Part shown: in pieces, positions 9,660-21,094 of the stretch
How positions within the stretch are numbered: position 1 is the first letter of the stretch
How the letters are laid out: each line of letters begins with the position of its first letter
DNA from: a virus
Virus record (IMG/VR): IMGVR_UViG_3300023238_000004
Length of the DNA stretch: 64,000 nucleotides
Direction: 5' to 3' (one strand)
Made by a program: the position numbers and the translations under genes
The notes under the pieces: generated by a model
Told to the model about the DNA's origin: nothing
The model's database searches: none
What the model saw: the letters and a program-made list of their open reading frames with translations, nothing else

Positions 9660-11452
9660 TGCCGATTCTAGTAAGATATCTTAACGACCCCAATCAGAAC
9701 TGCGTACTTAGGCCTGCACCTATTGTTTCAGTGTCTCCTAGTCCAAATAGGACAAAAGACGGAACCAATAGTTCTACCTATCAGATCACTCTAAAGGGGC
9801 ACATTCTTGCTGACCTTGGTTTCCCTCTAGCTAGGGATACTAGAAACAATGGACTATTTGACTACCATGACTCTGTAGGTGCTGGACCTTATGTTCCTGC
9901 AACAGCCAATGCTGGCCCATATCTATCTTTTGACACGAGGCAGAGTCATTCGTATTCTGTAGACATCGTTACAGGTGCGGTTACAGACAATAGGCCAGAT
10001 AGACAGTACGTTCCATATGAATCTGCGGTTGATGCTATTCTGTTTAAGCAGAAAGTAATTAGGGCTCTCTTTTCTAAAGACGGCCAAAGGCTAGAGATCA
10101 GTGCTATTCACACTGATGAGCCTTCTATTATTTGTTACCCTAGATTTGTTAGCTGTGATTTTACAGACGGCATCTATGTTGATCGATGTGAATACACGAT
10201 CACGCTAGAGACAGACGTTCTATACGACAAAGACCTCAAAGTTGACCTTGATGGCAACCCTTTGTATCTTGAGGGCATGGTTGTAGCTTCTGGAGGCATG
10301 ACCGATTCAGAGATCATGGAAGCTTCTGGTCGCTTCATTGACACATATTCAGACAATTGGTCTTTAGAGGCCGAAGATGGCCTTGGTGAGTCTGCCAATT
10401 TGACAAAGAGCTATAGAATTAGTAGAAGTATTTCTGCTACTGGTAAAGACTATTGGGCTCCGACTTCTTTAGATAGAAATGGAACAGAGGGCGTAGAGAA
10501 AAGACACGCATGGGAACAAGCTAGAGACTATGTTCAGTTTAGACTTCAAGATGAGCCGTTAACCTCTGGCTATCCTAATGTTATGGGTAGATTTGGTAGT
10601 GGCCTTCTTGATCTAGTTGAAGCATATGAAGGATTTGACCATAAAAGAACAGAGAGTATCTCTATTACCGATGGAACATACTCAGTAACAGAAGACTGGG
10701 TTCTTGCTAGTGGTAAGGCCTATGAGAACTACAACATGTCGGTCTCCACGTCGATTGACGACCCATTTGTCAATGTCTCAATACAGGGCGAGATTAGGGG
10801 CCTAGGCTGCGTTACGCCTTCTGGGTCTCTCTATGGCGGAATGGACGACAGAGCCGCTCAGACGCCCTACCAGAGTGCCCTATCGAAGTATTACGACGTT
10901 AGTTCCAGCGGTAGGTTTGGAGTTGGCTCTGATATCTTCAAAAGGGCGAATAATTCAGTTGCCGTAGAGCTTAATGCACAGCCTCAAAGCATTGCTTTAG
11001 CAACTAATGAGTTCGATGGTAGTATCACGTACTCCTTAGACTTCAACAATAGGCCAACAAACATTATCTCTGGAGTACTCACTGAGACAATTAACATAAG
11101 TGATACATATCCTGGCGATATTTTTGCCGTAATCCCTGTAATTGGAAGGGCAACTGGTCCAGTACTGCAAGCAATTGGCGGTAGAAGTGAATACACTAGG
11201 GATCTTAGTATTGATTTAATTATGGACTACACAGATATTCCATACGGATCAGGACGTAATTCCTTATTGCTTAAAAAGCCCAGCGTACTTGAGCCAACAA
11301 AAAGTCAGCTTAATCAGCTCGTTAAAGAGCTTAGTCCAGAGTTTGAACCTGGAGTTAGAAAGTGGTTCGTTTCTCCAATGACTGAAAGTTGGACTCCAAA
11401 AGAAGGAAGATATTCTTTTAGTATTAGCTGGACGTATGAATTATCGAAGTAA
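9659..11452 (+). CDS. Putative structural (tail/baseplate-region) protein, 597 aa
   Basis: Long ORF coupled to the giant gene by a TAATG overlap; predicted beta-rich composition; no family recognised. Confidence 0.6.
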   Translation: MPILVRYLNDPNQNCVLRPAPIVSVSPSPNRTKDGTNSSTYQITLKGHILADLGFPLARDTRNNGLFDYHDSVGAGPYVPATANAGPYLSFDTRQSHSYSVDIVTGAVTDNRPDRQYVPYESAVDAILFKQKVIRALFSKDGQRLEISAIHTDEPSIICYPRFVSCDFTDGIYVDRCEYTITLETDVLYDKDLKVDLDGNPLYLEGMVVASGGMTDSEIMEASGRFIDTYSDNWSLEAEDGLGESANLTKSYRISRSISATGKDYWAPTSLDRNGTEGVEKRHAWEQARDYVQFRLQDEPLTSGYPNVMGRFGSGLLDLVEAYEGFDHKRTESISITDGTYSVTEDWVLASGKAYENYNMSVSTSIDDPFVNVSIQGEIRGLGCVTPSGSLYGGMDDRAAQTPYQSALSKYYDVSSSGRFGVGSDIFKRANNSVAVELNAQPQSIALATNEFDGSITYSLDFNNRPTNIISGVLTETINISDTYPGDIFAVIPVIGRATGPVLQAIGGRSEYTRDLSIDLIMDYTDIPYGSGRNSLLLKKPSVLEPTKSQLNQLVKELSPEFEPGVRKWFVSPMTESWTPKEGRYSFSISWTYELSK

Positions 11453-11454
11453 TC

Positions 11455-11991
11455 ATGATTTGTACTAAATGTAACACAGACAAACCAGCTACAGACGAAT
11501 TTTTTCAAGTTCGAGCTGATACAAAGAAGTTTCGCAAACAGTGTCGTGACTGTAGAAGTCTGCACACTAAAGAGTACCACGACCAAGATAGGAAACTTGT
11601 AAACAAGAGAAACAGAGATAGCTATGCAAAAAATGCTAAAGCCAGGATATCCAAGACGGTTGAGTATAAAAGAAAAAAAAGGAAAGAATGTCCTCAGTTT
11701 AGAATAGAGGATAGCCTAAGAACTAGGGTTTGTCGTGCTTTGAAAGGGCTACCCAAAGTAGACAATACAAAGGTCTTAATAGGATGTTCTATGAAAGAGC
11801 TAAGACAGCACTTAGAATTACGATTTACTGAGGATATGACTTGGGATAATTACGGAGATTGGCACATGGGCCATATTAAGCCCTGCTGTCAGTTTGACTT
11901 GACAAAACCAGAGCAGCAAAGGAAGTGTTTCAGCTATAAGAACTTACAGCCATTATGGGCCGCAGATAATTTAAGAAAAGGTGGAAAATAA
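11455..11991 (+). CDS. Free-standing HNH homing endonuclease with N-terminal CxxC zinc motif
   Basis: CTKC...CRDC at the N-terminus; C-terminal MTWDNYGDWHMGHIKP...NLQPLWAADNLRKG; paralogous to 36418-37161. Confidence 0.8.
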   Translation: MICTKCNTDKPATDEFFQVRADTKKFRKQCRDCRSLHTKEYHDQDRKLVNKRNRDSYAKNAKARISKTVEYKRKKRKECPQFRIEDSLRTRVCRALKGLPKVDNTKVLIGCSMKELRQHLELRFTEDMTWDNYGDWHMGHIKPCCQFDLTKPEQQRKCFSYKNLQPLWAADNLRKGGK

Positions 11992-12554
11992 TGACCATTC
12001 TTCAAGGCCCTATTGAAAGCGGATGGGTAGTCGCATCTGGTGAAGGTAATTTTTACGATCAAAACATACAAGGTAGCGGAGGTCAAGATATAGATCTTCA
12101 CGCCACTAGTGGTCAAGTGCCTAGGTTCTATTCTGGTATAAATAGACACTATCCTAGTCCAGAAACCCACGAGTCGGGTGTTCTTCACACTTATCCTGAA
12201 AATTCTGGGTCTTATGAACAGATACTAGGCAATTCTGGAGAAGTCCAGGGTATTAAAGACTCTTTTCTTTCTCCACCTAGAGACATTTCCTACAGCGAAG
12301 AGCCTTACTATGCAAATCTTGGTGTATTCTTTCCTTACATACACCACTATCCAAGGTGGGTTCCGCCTGCGACCAGTCTCTTCTCGACGATAGAAGTGCC
12401 TGTGCCGTTTAAGGTGGATTATTCTCTTACCTTTTCGCCCACAAATAGCTATAATAGATATAGCGAGAGAGACGTAGACTACGATGCCGTAGATAGTAGC
12501 GGAGACCCGATTTTTACAGACGAAGCAGGAAAACCACCAACAAGGTTTGGATAA
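11991..12554 (+). CDS. Hypothetical structural-module protein, 187 aa
   Basis: ORF overlaps the HNH stop (TAATG) in the + strand block. Confidence 0.6.
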   Translation: MTILQGPIESGWVVASGEGNFYDQNIQGSGGQDIDLHATSGQVPRFYSGINRHYPSPETHESGVLHTYPENSGSYEQILGNSGEVQGIKDSFLSPPRDISYSEEPYYANLGVFFPYIHHYPRWVPPATSLFSTIEVPVPFKVDYSLTFSPTNSYNRYSERDVDYDAVDSSGDPIFTDEAGKPPTRFG

Positions 12555-12568
12555 TACAGAGGTAAAAT

Positions 12569-15500
12569 ATGAGTTCAGATTTAGGATATAGCGTTAATCC
12601 AGCATCAGGTGCTTATGGAAGTAGCTGGCCTGGGAGCGGTGCGGTTCCAGAGTCATACTCTGCCGCTGGATGGACATTGAACAACGAGGGGTTTACACAA
12701 CAAACCTTCTTAGGTGGTTCTGTCAGGAATTTTTCTGCCCAGGGTGCTTTTGGGGACTCTAGTTCTATGTTAAGCGTCTCTCTTGTGGATGACGAGTTTA
12801 ATACTTCTGATGGCTTCGGCCTTGGTATTGGTGACGACGTTTATCACAATGGCGTTGAAGATGAATTCAATCCGCCTCCAGTTGGGTCTCCTGTGTTCTT
12901 TAAATTTGGAAAGGGTTTTGCAACCATAGAGCAGTCTTGGAGAAAGACCTTTGACGACATCTATGACTACCACACTTTCAATCCTATTCTTGAGCTACCA
13001 ATAAGAGAGGTCTCTGGCGTACTACAAGAGCTTAATCCTGGGGAATATGTAGATATAGAAAACTCGGATATCTCTGGATCTGGTGGTAATGGTCGAACTT
13101 ATACGGTTGTCGACAAGTCTAGCATAACCTATGACAACCACAATGCGGTTGGTAGCGGCCACTTCGTCTTTGGCGGAATCCTGCAAAGATATAAAGAGAG
13201 CAACAACACAGAAGGCAAGAATCTTTATGACACAACCGTCGTTGACCCAAGAGAAATCTTATCAAACACAACTTTGATTCTTAACAATTACTCTGATTCT
13301 ACTCTTAATTGCCCAAACCTAATTAACATTTTTGGCTTTCTTGAGTACAACCCTACGACACAGCTTCGTAACAGGATGAATACGTTCTATGAGAATAGCG
13401 GAATTCTAACAAAGGACGTTCAGTCTAATGGTACTGTTATCTATAGGGGTGGAGTTGATCCATTTACTATGGATTCTATTCCACAATACACAGATAGTTA
13501 TGCTAGATCTGATTGGCTAGGAACTATCTTTGGTAGAATTGGACCTGGAGCCGTTAGAGATTCTATAATTGACAGATTGTTTGATACAGACGGTGATGGA
13601 AATAGAAATCTTCCTAACGAATTTCCATTCACTGGAACGTCTTATTGTCGTAGATGTGAAAAGGGCGTGCCGTTCTACAGGATTGTTCAGGGTATCAACG
13701 CACTTATGGGATTTGCTGGACCTCTTCCAGAAGAGTATGAAGTTAAGAACTTCGGAGGTAGAATTAACTTCCGAGGATTTAACTACGTTGTCGACTTTAC
13801 TGGTCTGCCATCAGAGAAGATTCCTCCTATGTACTTCTTTGACTTTGACCAAATGACACTGATGGAGTTCTTGCAAGAGTTTTGTGAGACCATTAGTCAT
13901 GACCTGTATGTGTCACTGCTTCCTGTTATTGACCACCCAGGCTGTGACTACTACTACAAGCAAAACAAGAGAGCAATCGAAAACAATGAGCCAGAGAACC
14001 TAATCGCTGGAATTATTCGTATTGACACTATTGATAGAAGTGTTAAACCTGAGTATGGTGCTATTGATAAGTTCATTAAGAACTTAGAAAAAGACAATAT
14101 CAACGTAACGTCCAAAGAAGTTGGGTATGAATTATCCAACATCTCGACAGACAAGTTTATCGTAGGTGCTCAAGAAGTAGAAATGCACTACTTCACGACA
14201 AATGGAGATAGAGACCACCTAGAAGTCCGCAAGTCTCAAAATGGACTACCAAATAGACTACAGCAACAAATTAGTGAGCAGTGGCACCTGTCGAATTCTT
14301 TGAAACAGCAAGTGCTGCCATTCTATGGATTTTTGGGCAAGGATGCAATCACTATTCCTCGTGGCTATGGTTCGTTTCAACAGATTATGCTCGACACAAC
14401 TAGCTTGAATGCCAATGGCGTTGGGAATTACTATGTAGCTACAGAAATAGAACTACGTGCCGCGTCGGTCTCTTTTGAGGCTTGGAAAGAATTCTTGTTA
14501 CAGTACAATGACCTTTATATGGAGTCTACAGAAGAAGACGACATCATCCAAGGAAGTTTACTTAGAACGTCTGATCCTAGCAATCCAGCTTTTGATATTT
14601 CTGTTCCTACTAATCTTTCTAATAACTATGCCGTCACTGTGCCTAGGTGTATTTTTAGATCAGAAAGAAACTACATGGGAGAAGATGGTCTTCCTGCTTC
14701 TCCTTGTAATCCCCCTTTCGGATACCCTTTGTATTACAAGAGGGGTTTAAAGATTGGACTACCTGAGGCTGGACTTGCTGCATTCTATAATTCTGGTAAC
14801 AGGATTGTTACTAGCTTGCAGAAGTTTGAGTCCACAGGTAATAAAAACTGGAAGGAGCTTGTTAACAGCACTCTTAAAGAGTCGCTAAATGATAAGCGTC
14901 CAGGCATCTCTCCAGAAGAGAAGGCTTTTATAAAAGAAATTAAGTCTATCTTAAATAACGCAAACTCAAAAGCAGAAGACGTTATTGCCCTTATTCAAGA
15001 GAAGCTTACTAAGCACGAATCTGTGTTTAAATCTGTACCAAGGCTTTCAGAAAAACACACAGACAACGCCCTAAAGATCTATAACTTTGTCAAAGGGGTT
15101 GCAGATCAAAATTTAGGAAGAAAATTCTTGGTCAAGATTCCTAAGGAAACCAACTCTTTCTATTCAAATGTTATCGGCCTAAAGTCGACGAGCAAACTAG
15201 CCATCCCTACCGTAGCTTCTACGGCAGACGATGAGCGTGTAAACGAATTGCAATGGGGTCCGTTTGGATTTATGCCTAGGAAGATCTCTGACAACATTGG
15301 CGTACTTTACGACAGTCAGTATAATTTCCAGCTTTATCAAATGAGACTCTTCACAGAGACCCTTAATGAGAATGTCCACAAGGCCTACTTGGACCTGGGC
15401 ATTGAAAATGGCGTATCTTCTCTTGTTGGAAATTATTTAGATGGTGCTTCGTTTGTGTTTGATAGACGATATGGAGCCTTGCAGTCTGACTACAACGGAG

Positions 15501-17428
15501 TAAACGACAAACACGAGTTTAACTATAGACCTGAGCCACAAGGTGGTTTCTACGAATTCGGCTTGTTTAACAATCTACTAACGGATGAGCACCACAGGCT
15601 AATTCCAGACACGTCGAAGTTGCCCCTTGGCACTCAGCAGGCTCTTATGCCTAGAGACTTGACCAACTTCTTAACGGAGCAAAATAGAGTCACTTGTTAC
15701 GCAAGGTTTGACAATAGTCAGTTCTTGAACTTTAGCAAGATGCCAGAAGGTTCAATAGCTCAACAAGCAGTAACTAGAGAGGGGTATATTATCCCAGATG
15801 TTACCAATCAGCTTGAGAACATGGAAGAAGACCAAATGTCTGATTTCCCTAACCAGGAATACACAGAAGAGGGCTCCCCAGATAGAACCAAATTTGTTGC
15901 TTTTGTTAAGTGTGAGCTTGATGAAAGATTCTACATGCCCCCAAGAGTCAATTACAACGTTAGAACAGAAGTTTTTGCCAGAGAAGTAGATGACATTGGA
16001 AAGATTACTCCACCTAGTCAAATTTGGAGTGAATCAAAAGGCAAGTTCGTAGACTCATATCCAATCTACAAGTCGCACTTTATCCCTTCTAGCGGAGATG
16101 GCACACCCGATAGTCGAGGAGGGGTAGACGGAACAGACGTATTAGAAGAAGACTTCATGAGATACTGGGACATCTTGCAAAGCGGAGAGTTGGTAAACAC
16201 CGCCCCTGCTAACCAAGACTCTAACCACGTGTATGCCCTTATTACTTTACCTGCCCAAATCCAAAGTACAATTGATTCAAGAATGAAAGATGGCCCATTT
16301 CAAACTTATCAAGCTGGTGCCATTAAGCACTTCTTGGCTATGGATACAGTCAAGGGTGTAAATGGACTAGAGAAGCCAGCTATTAAAGGCAAGTCCCCAA
16401 ATTTCCTTCCTGGTGATACAGACATAATTAACGTAGAAGGTGATTTCACTTCTAATACTGATCCTATGGCAAACGCATTCAACGCACACAGAGCGGCCCT
16501 GAAAAGTCTATCTGCTAATTCGTTGTCTGTTCTTAACATGACTAATCCATCTCCTGTTTATCCAGACTTAGTCGTTATTCCTTTGATGTCTCAAGAGAGG
16601 TGTTACGGCCCTTGGTTGTCTTCTCAAGTAGAGTCTGATAGTAAAACATACGCTGAGATCCCAGGTAAGGTGGACTTTATTAAGGATGAAAACTTAGCAC
16701 CATGGAACTACGCTGGTTATCAACTGATGGACGAAGCTGGTAAGCTACAAGCACAGTTCTCAAATAGCCTACAGTTATTCACAGAGAATGGTAGTTTAAG
16801 TTATGAAGGATTACCATCTGGTAACACTCTTTGTAGTTCGCTTATTGAAGGTGGCCCATTGGTTACTAATATCGACGTGTCTATTGGTGCTTCTGATGGA
16901 GTCAATACTAACTACTCAATGAACATTTATACGCCAAGGTTTGGTAGACTTCAAAAACAAAGACAAGACTTGATTTCTCAGATTTCAAGACAAAGACAAC
17001 AGATCACAGACGAAAGAAATGCTCTTATCAGAAAGGGCATGGGCAAGGCTCAGAAGTCTGTTAACTATGCCGTTATGAAGCAAAGCCTAGATTCTATCAA
17101 TGGTGCTTCAAGGTTTGCAGACTCTTGGGCAGAGAGGGTGCAAAGGGGAGAAGACCTTGGAATTACAGAGGTTGCAGCACTAGAAGAGACAACTACTACA
17201 CATGTAGGCGAAGACGGAAAATCTGGACAAAAGAAAAGAACCGGATTTAGTGACACCAGTAGACCATCCGTAGCCACAAGGGCTGCTATAGACAAGGCTC
17301 CAACGGAAGCAGACAAGAGAAACGTGAAGGCAAACTCAGCAACTAGGGCTCCAAGTCCTCCTGCTAGTAGATCAGTTCACCCGTCTCTTCCTGCTGGAAA
17401 GCCAGTTAACACTCACTTTGAAGTTTAG
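12569..17428 (+). CDS. Large putative virion structural protein, 1619 aa
   Basis: Long ORF with AGAGG RBS; structural-block context; no family recognised. Confidence 0.6.
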   Translation: MSSDLGYSVNPASGAYGSSWPGSGAVPESYSAAGWTLNNEGFTQQTFLGGSVRNFSAQGAFGDSSSMLSVSLVDDEFNTSDGFGLGIGDDVYHNGVEDEFNPPPVGSPVFFKFGKGFATIEQSWRKTFDDIYDYHTFNPILELPIREVSGVLQELNPGEYVDIENSDISGSGGNGRTYTVVDKSSITYDNHNAVGSGHFVFGGILQRYKESNNTEGKNLYDTTVVDPREILSNTTLILNNYSDSTLNCPNLINIFGFLEYNPTTQLRNRMNTFYENSGILTKDVQSNGTVIYRGGVDPFTMDSIPQYTDSYARSDWLGTIFGRIGPGAVRDSIIDRLFDTDGDGNRNLPNEFPFTGTSYCRRCEKGVPFYRIVQGINALMGFAGPLPEEYEVKNFGGRINFRGFNYVVDFTGLPSEKIPPMYFFDFDQMTLMEFLQEFCETISHDLYVSLLPVIDHPGCDYYYKQNKRAIENNEPENLIAGIIRIDTIDRSVKPEYGAIDKFIKNLEKDNINVTSKEVGYELSNISTDKFIVGAQEVEMHYFTTNGDRDHLEVRKSQNGLPNRLQQQISEQWHLSNSLKQQVLPFYGFLGKDAITIPRGYGSFQQIMLDTTSLNANGVGNYYVATEIELRAASVSFEAWKEFLLQYNDLYMESTEEDDIIQGSLLRTSDPSNPAFDISVPTNLSNNYAVTVPRCIFRSERNYMGEDGLPASPCNPPFGYPLYYKRGLKIGLPEAGLAAFYNSGNRIVTSLQKFESTGNKNWKELVNSTLKESLNDKRPGISPEEKAFIKEIKSILNNANSKAEDVIALIQEKLTKHESVFKSVPRLSEKHTDNALKIYNFVKGVADQNLGRKFLVKIPKETNSFYSNVIGLKSTSKLAIPTVASTADDERVNELQWGPFGFMPRKISDNIGVLYDSQYNFQLYQMRLFTETLNENVHKAYLDLGIENGVSSLVGNYLDGASFVFDRRYGALQSDYNGVNDKHEFNYRPEPQGGFYEFGLFNNLLTDEHHRLIPDTSKLPLGTQQALMPRDLTNFLTEQNRVTCYARFDNSQFLNFSKMPEGSIAQQAVTREGYIIPDVTNQLENMEEDQMSDFPNQEYTEEGSPDRTKFVAFVKCELDERFYMPPRVNYNVRTEVFAREVDDIGKITPPSQIWSESKGKFVDSYPIYKSHFIPSSGDGTPDSRGGVDGTDVLEEDFMRYWDILQSGELVNTAPANQDSNHVYALITLPAQIQSTIDSRMKDGPFQTYQAGAIKHFLAMDTVKGVNGLEKPAIKGKSPNFLPGDTDIINVEGDFTSNTDPMANAFNAHRAALKSLSANSLSVLNMTNPSPVYPDLVVIPLMSQERCYGPWLSSQVESDSKTYAEIPGKVDFIKDENLAPWNYAGYQLMDEAGKLQAQFSNSLQLFTENGSLSYEGLPSGNTLCSSLIEGGPLVTNIDVSIGASDGVNTNYSMNIYTPRFGRLQKQRQDLISQISRQRQQITDERNALIRKGMGKAQKSVNYAVMKQSLDSINGASRFADSWAERVQRGEDLGITEVAALEETTTTHVGEDGKSGQKKRTGFSDTSRPSVATRAAIDKAPTEADKRNVKANSATRAPSPPASRSVHPSLPAGKPVNTHFEV

Positions 17429-17434
17429 GATATT

Positions 17435-20400
17435 ATGGACCATACAATTCAAACAAACGACCCAATTATGAAGTTGGTCGGTATGCAGATTTTTGATCTG
17501 GATACCCTGGAAGATTTTGCTAAGAGTCATCAAACTGGTGCTCAATTTGCCCCTTATATTACAATAGACCCATTAGGTGCCACTTGCACGCCTGGAGAGT
17601 TGTATGGTGGTGTCTTGACTGGCGTTGCGGAGATTATGAGATGGGATGATGACGATAGAGCATACGAAACAACTGCCCTAAATACCTACCCCGTCGTAGA
17701 CGAAGCTGTTAAGCCTGAGGCTGAATGGGCTTCTATTGCTAACGACTTAGTACTTAGAGAGAAGTATAGACACGAAAGCGATTCCGAAGATTACTTTAGT
17801 GATTACAGTTTTAACTTAGACCAAGCCGAAGACCTGGTGGGAGATATCAAGAATAGTTGCTCAGGCGATGCCGTTTGGCACCCAGAGTTATACTACGTTG
17901 TGGGCGGAAGGTTTGTGCAGAAGTTTGCCCCAAGGCTTTCAATTTCCCTGTTTGATTCTTCTAAGAGTCCTATGGCTCAAGAGATTGCGACTTACGCACC
18001 CTTCATCGCAGATATCCCTAGAACCAAAGGGGGCTTGAAGTATGGAGCTAGAGAAACAGAAAAAAGAGAAGACAAAGACGGCATCGCTAGTTACAGGCCT
18101 GTTATAGAGGGTGGGCGTGCAAATCCAGACAACCTTCGTGCTGGTGAACTAGACGTTACATACAACAGAACAATAGGAAAGTTCGAGGCTGGTACTAGAC
18201 AGGTTCTCGTAAGACTTACAACAGATATTCTGAGTGTTAATTCTCCTGGGTTCGATCCTGATACCGTACACTCCCTAGATCACGACCAAGTATACAAGAA
18301 AGACGCTCCGTTTAACCAAATTGGAGACTGGGATAAGGGGTCAAGTATTGGTAGTGGAATTCCCGTCAACATCCAAAAGGGAAACCCATACCTGTTCGGC
18401 CCTAACTACGTTAACAGATACGACAAGGATGACGAGTATCGAAAAGAAGAGATTAGGATCACTAACAGAACGCCGAGAAACTTTCAAGCAAATCAGCTTG
18501 TAATGTGTAGCTTCTTAGACGGCGAGTGGATTCCACAAGACCTGGGACAAGATGGTGGCATTGCCGCTAAGTTTAGCGTTCAGAGATGGCAGTTTCAAAA
18601 GCTTGTCGCTGGTGCTGACGATTTCTTTAGAGACGAGAGATACTTAAACGCCTCTGCCCCAGACTACACTAAGCAAAGAATTGATCCTCAAAGCTATGAG
18701 ATCATGATGCGTAATAGATTCTACCTAGGCCTAAAGAACTACTTGGGCGGGAGCACTTCTCCCGTTCCAGATGGTAGCTATCCAGTGGACTTTTTAACAG
18801 ACTTAGATCCGCAGGTATTTGGTGCCCTTGGGTATATGAACCTGGGCAATAATGACGATGCAGTACTAGATAGTGAAGACCCTAAGAATTGGGATTTTAT
18901 TCCTTCTAATCGCTATACTCAAATCACAGCGTTTGACCAAATGGGCAACTTCGCTGGCGGAAAGAACAAGGCAAACGTAATCGCTAGAACTAACGCTATC
19001 GCCCCCATAGACACCACCAAGGAAGACTCCGATCCATTCGCTCCTTATGAAATGATGGAGTACTGGGGGCCTACTTTCCCTCGTGGTTTTAACTCCGAAG
19101 ATGTGCAAGGGCTTTCTAGCGTAAGAAAAAACGTAACACTTAGACCAATGCCCGGCTATGGCTCCTACTCTACCAATGACTTCTTCTTTCAAGAGACAGA
19201 GTTTGAATATGTGGCTACAACTGGAGAGCCTGCCCTAGTAGACAATTTGCCCGATAGGAATGTTTCAATTTCCTACGCTGGTAAGGGTATGTTTTTCAAC
19301 AGTAGAGACAAGACGGCCCTCAACCTGCCAGCAGAAGTGGGTACAAACGGCCCACCTAATCAGGATAGATGTTCTCCAATCGAGAGTCTTTCTGCTTTAG
19401 ATGACACCGCTAATGAATCGAAAAATCTAGTAGACGCATTCGAGCTTGCTACTAGAAGAGATTATGCAACCGGAGAGCAAACTAGGTTTAATTGGTTGTA
19501 CAGACATGACGAAGACGATCCAGTTGGTGGCATAACGACACCCGTGTATGGTTTTAGACCTAATAGCCCCAGTTCAATTGATTTTTATCCTTTAGCTGCC
19601 GAAGTTGTTTCGTCAACTGACTACAATCGTGGTGGAACAAGTTCAGAGCCGGGTGTCTCTCTTGAGTATGGTATGCTGCCCTTGATGGCTAGAAATACAG
19701 AAATTAGGAATGCCGTCTGGCATAAGGACTTTATTACCAACGGAGTAGACCACCTTCTAGGTTCTGACCACCTGTTTATTAGAAATCGCCATGTAGGAAA
19801 ACGAGACTTCGTTCAGTACTCCTATAATGGGTTTGCTAGTGCTCCAGACCCTTCTAAGAAGAACTACACCCTTCCTTACTTTGGTTACGTTGAGAAGAGG
19901 TCTACTGGAGACAATAAGATCTCTCTACCGGCCATTTGGCCAGACGAGCAAGATGAAAACGCCAGTTGTGTTGGTGTTATCGCTTCTAGGTGCCGAATTT
20001 CCTTTAGGGGTGACGGTTTGAAGTTCAACTTAGATCAACAGTTTGGCTTACAGACTGACACTAGATCTACTTTAGGCACCGCTGGTAGTTTTAATGCCAT
20101 CGGCAACATATTCTCTGCTTCCACACAGGGTACGCAGTCTAGCTCTAATAGTTATCCAAGATGGGGAGGATTAAGCGATGAGCCCAATAGGTTCAAAACA
20201 ACAGCCCTTCACATGAAGATGTTTGACGCTTGGCCAGAAGACCAGACCATTTATGACGCTAGATACTTCTCTGTGTTTCATTTTAACCCAGGTTCTTTAT
20301 TAAGTAGGCCAGACCAAGCGGAAGAAGAGATTACGGTCCCTGGCGTTGCTCCATTCAAGCCTGACGTTTTAACGGAATCTGTTGACTTTAGGGTTCCTAC

Positions 20401-21085
20401 TTATCCAGACAACACTCCAGCTAAGCATGGGGATGTAATTGATGGGGATGTCATTTTGGCAGACGAAGAAAACTGGAGAGTTAACACAATGAGAAGGGGC
20501 ATGATGCTTTCAGACGGAGGCTTTAGGTACTACAAAACCTCTTGTGGCGTCAAAGAGTCTTCTATCATCGATGGAGGCACCGGCTATGAGGATCAAGAGA
20601 TATTAGAAGTCTCTGGTGGCTCTGGAAAAGACGCGACTGTCAAGATTTCAGTAGATGCTTCTGGTACTATTGTCAGCATGGTAGCTGAAAACAGAGGAGA
20701 AGGCTATATTCCAAGTGATTTTGGAGATCCCTCAGACCCTACAACCTCTAAACTTAGCTTAGTAGGCGGAAAGGGCACTGGATCTGACGTAAAGATTACA
20801 AAGGGCATAATGCACAGGGTAGAATACCTAGATGAAGGCCCAAAGAACAGATCTCAAGGCTATATTCGATTAACAGATGGGAATGGAGACGGCAGAGGAA
20901 ACGCCGGGGAAGGCTTCGTAGAAGGACCAAGAGAACAATTCTTAACCATTGAAGAGCAAAGCGATACAGGTGAGTACGATATGTTCTTCTATTTTCACAA
21001 CGACATTACTCATACAGTCCATGATGGTGGTGGTAGAATGCTCATTGAGCCCCAAAGGGTTTCAATGGAGATTACCGCCCTTTAG
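17435..21085 (+). CDS. Large putative tail/baseplate protein, 1216 aa
   Basis: The C-terminal IIDGGTGY...SGGSGKDATVKISVDASGTIVSMVAENRGEGY segment resembles the Gly-rich GxGY repeats of phage tail/baseplate proteins. Confidence 0.55.
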   Translation: MDHTIQTNDPIMKLVGMQIFDLDTLEDFAKSHQTGAQFAPYITIDPLGATCTPGELYGGVLTGVAEIMRWDDDDRAYETTALNTYPVVDEAVKPEAEWASIANDLVLREKYRHESDSEDYFSDYSFNLDQAEDLVGDIKNSCSGDAVWHPELYYVVGGRFVQKFAPRLSISLFDSSKSPMAQEIATYAPFIADIPRTKGGLKYGARETEKREDKDGIASYRPVIEGGRANPDNLRAGELDVTYNRTIGKFEAGTRQVLVRLTTDILSVNSPGFDPDTVHSLDHDQVYKKDAPFNQIGDWDKGSSIGSGIPVNIQKGNPYLFGPNYVNRYDKDDEYRKEEIRITNRTPRNFQANQLVMCSFLDGEWIPQDLGQDGGIAAKFSVQRWQFQKLVAGADDFFRDERYLNASAPDYTKQRIDPQSYEIMMRNRFYLGLKNYLGGSTSPVPDGSYPVDFLTDLDPQVFGALGYMNLGNNDDAVLDSEDPKNWDFIPSNRYTQITAFDQMGNFAGGKNKANVIARTNAIAPIDTTKEDSDPFAPYEMMEYWGPTFPRGFNSEDVQGLSSVRKNVTLRPMPGYGSYSTNDFFFQETEFEYVATTGEPALVDNLPDRNVSISYAGKGMFFNSRDKTALNLPAEVGTNGPPNQDRCSPIESLSALDDTANESKNLVDAFELATRRDYATGEQTRFNWLYRHDEDDPVGGITTPVYGFRPNSPSSIDFYPLAAEVVSSTDYNRGGTSSEPGVSLEYGMLPLMARNTEIRNAVWHKDFITNGVDHLLGSDHLFIRNRHVGKRDFVQYSYNGFASAPDPSKKNYTLPYFGYVEKRSTGDNKISLPAIWPDEQDENASCVGVIASRCRISFRGDGLKFNLDQQFGLQTDTRSTLGTAGSFNAIGNIFSASTQGTQSSSNSYPRWGGLSDEPNRFKTTALHMKMFDAWPEDQTIYDARYFSVFHFNPGSLLSRPDQAEEEITVPGVAPFKPDVLTESVDFRVPTYPDNTPAKHGDVIDGDVILADEENWRVNTMRRGMMLSDGGFRYYKTSCGVKESSIIDGGTGYEDQEILEVSGGSGKDATVKISVDASGTIVSMVAENRGEGYIPSDFGDPSDPTTSKLSLVGGKGTGSDVKITKGIMHRVEYLDEGPKNRSQGYIRLTDGNGDGRGNAGEGFVEGPREQFLTIEEQSDTGEYDMFFYFHNDITHTVHDGGGRMLIEPQRVSMEITAL

Positions 21086-21094
21086 TGTATAATA
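21085..21094 (+). promoter_or_regulatory. GTGTATAATA putative late-type promoter
   Basis: Intergenic, ~28 nt upstream of an ATG with an AGGAG RBS; no recognisable -35. Confidence 0.65.
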
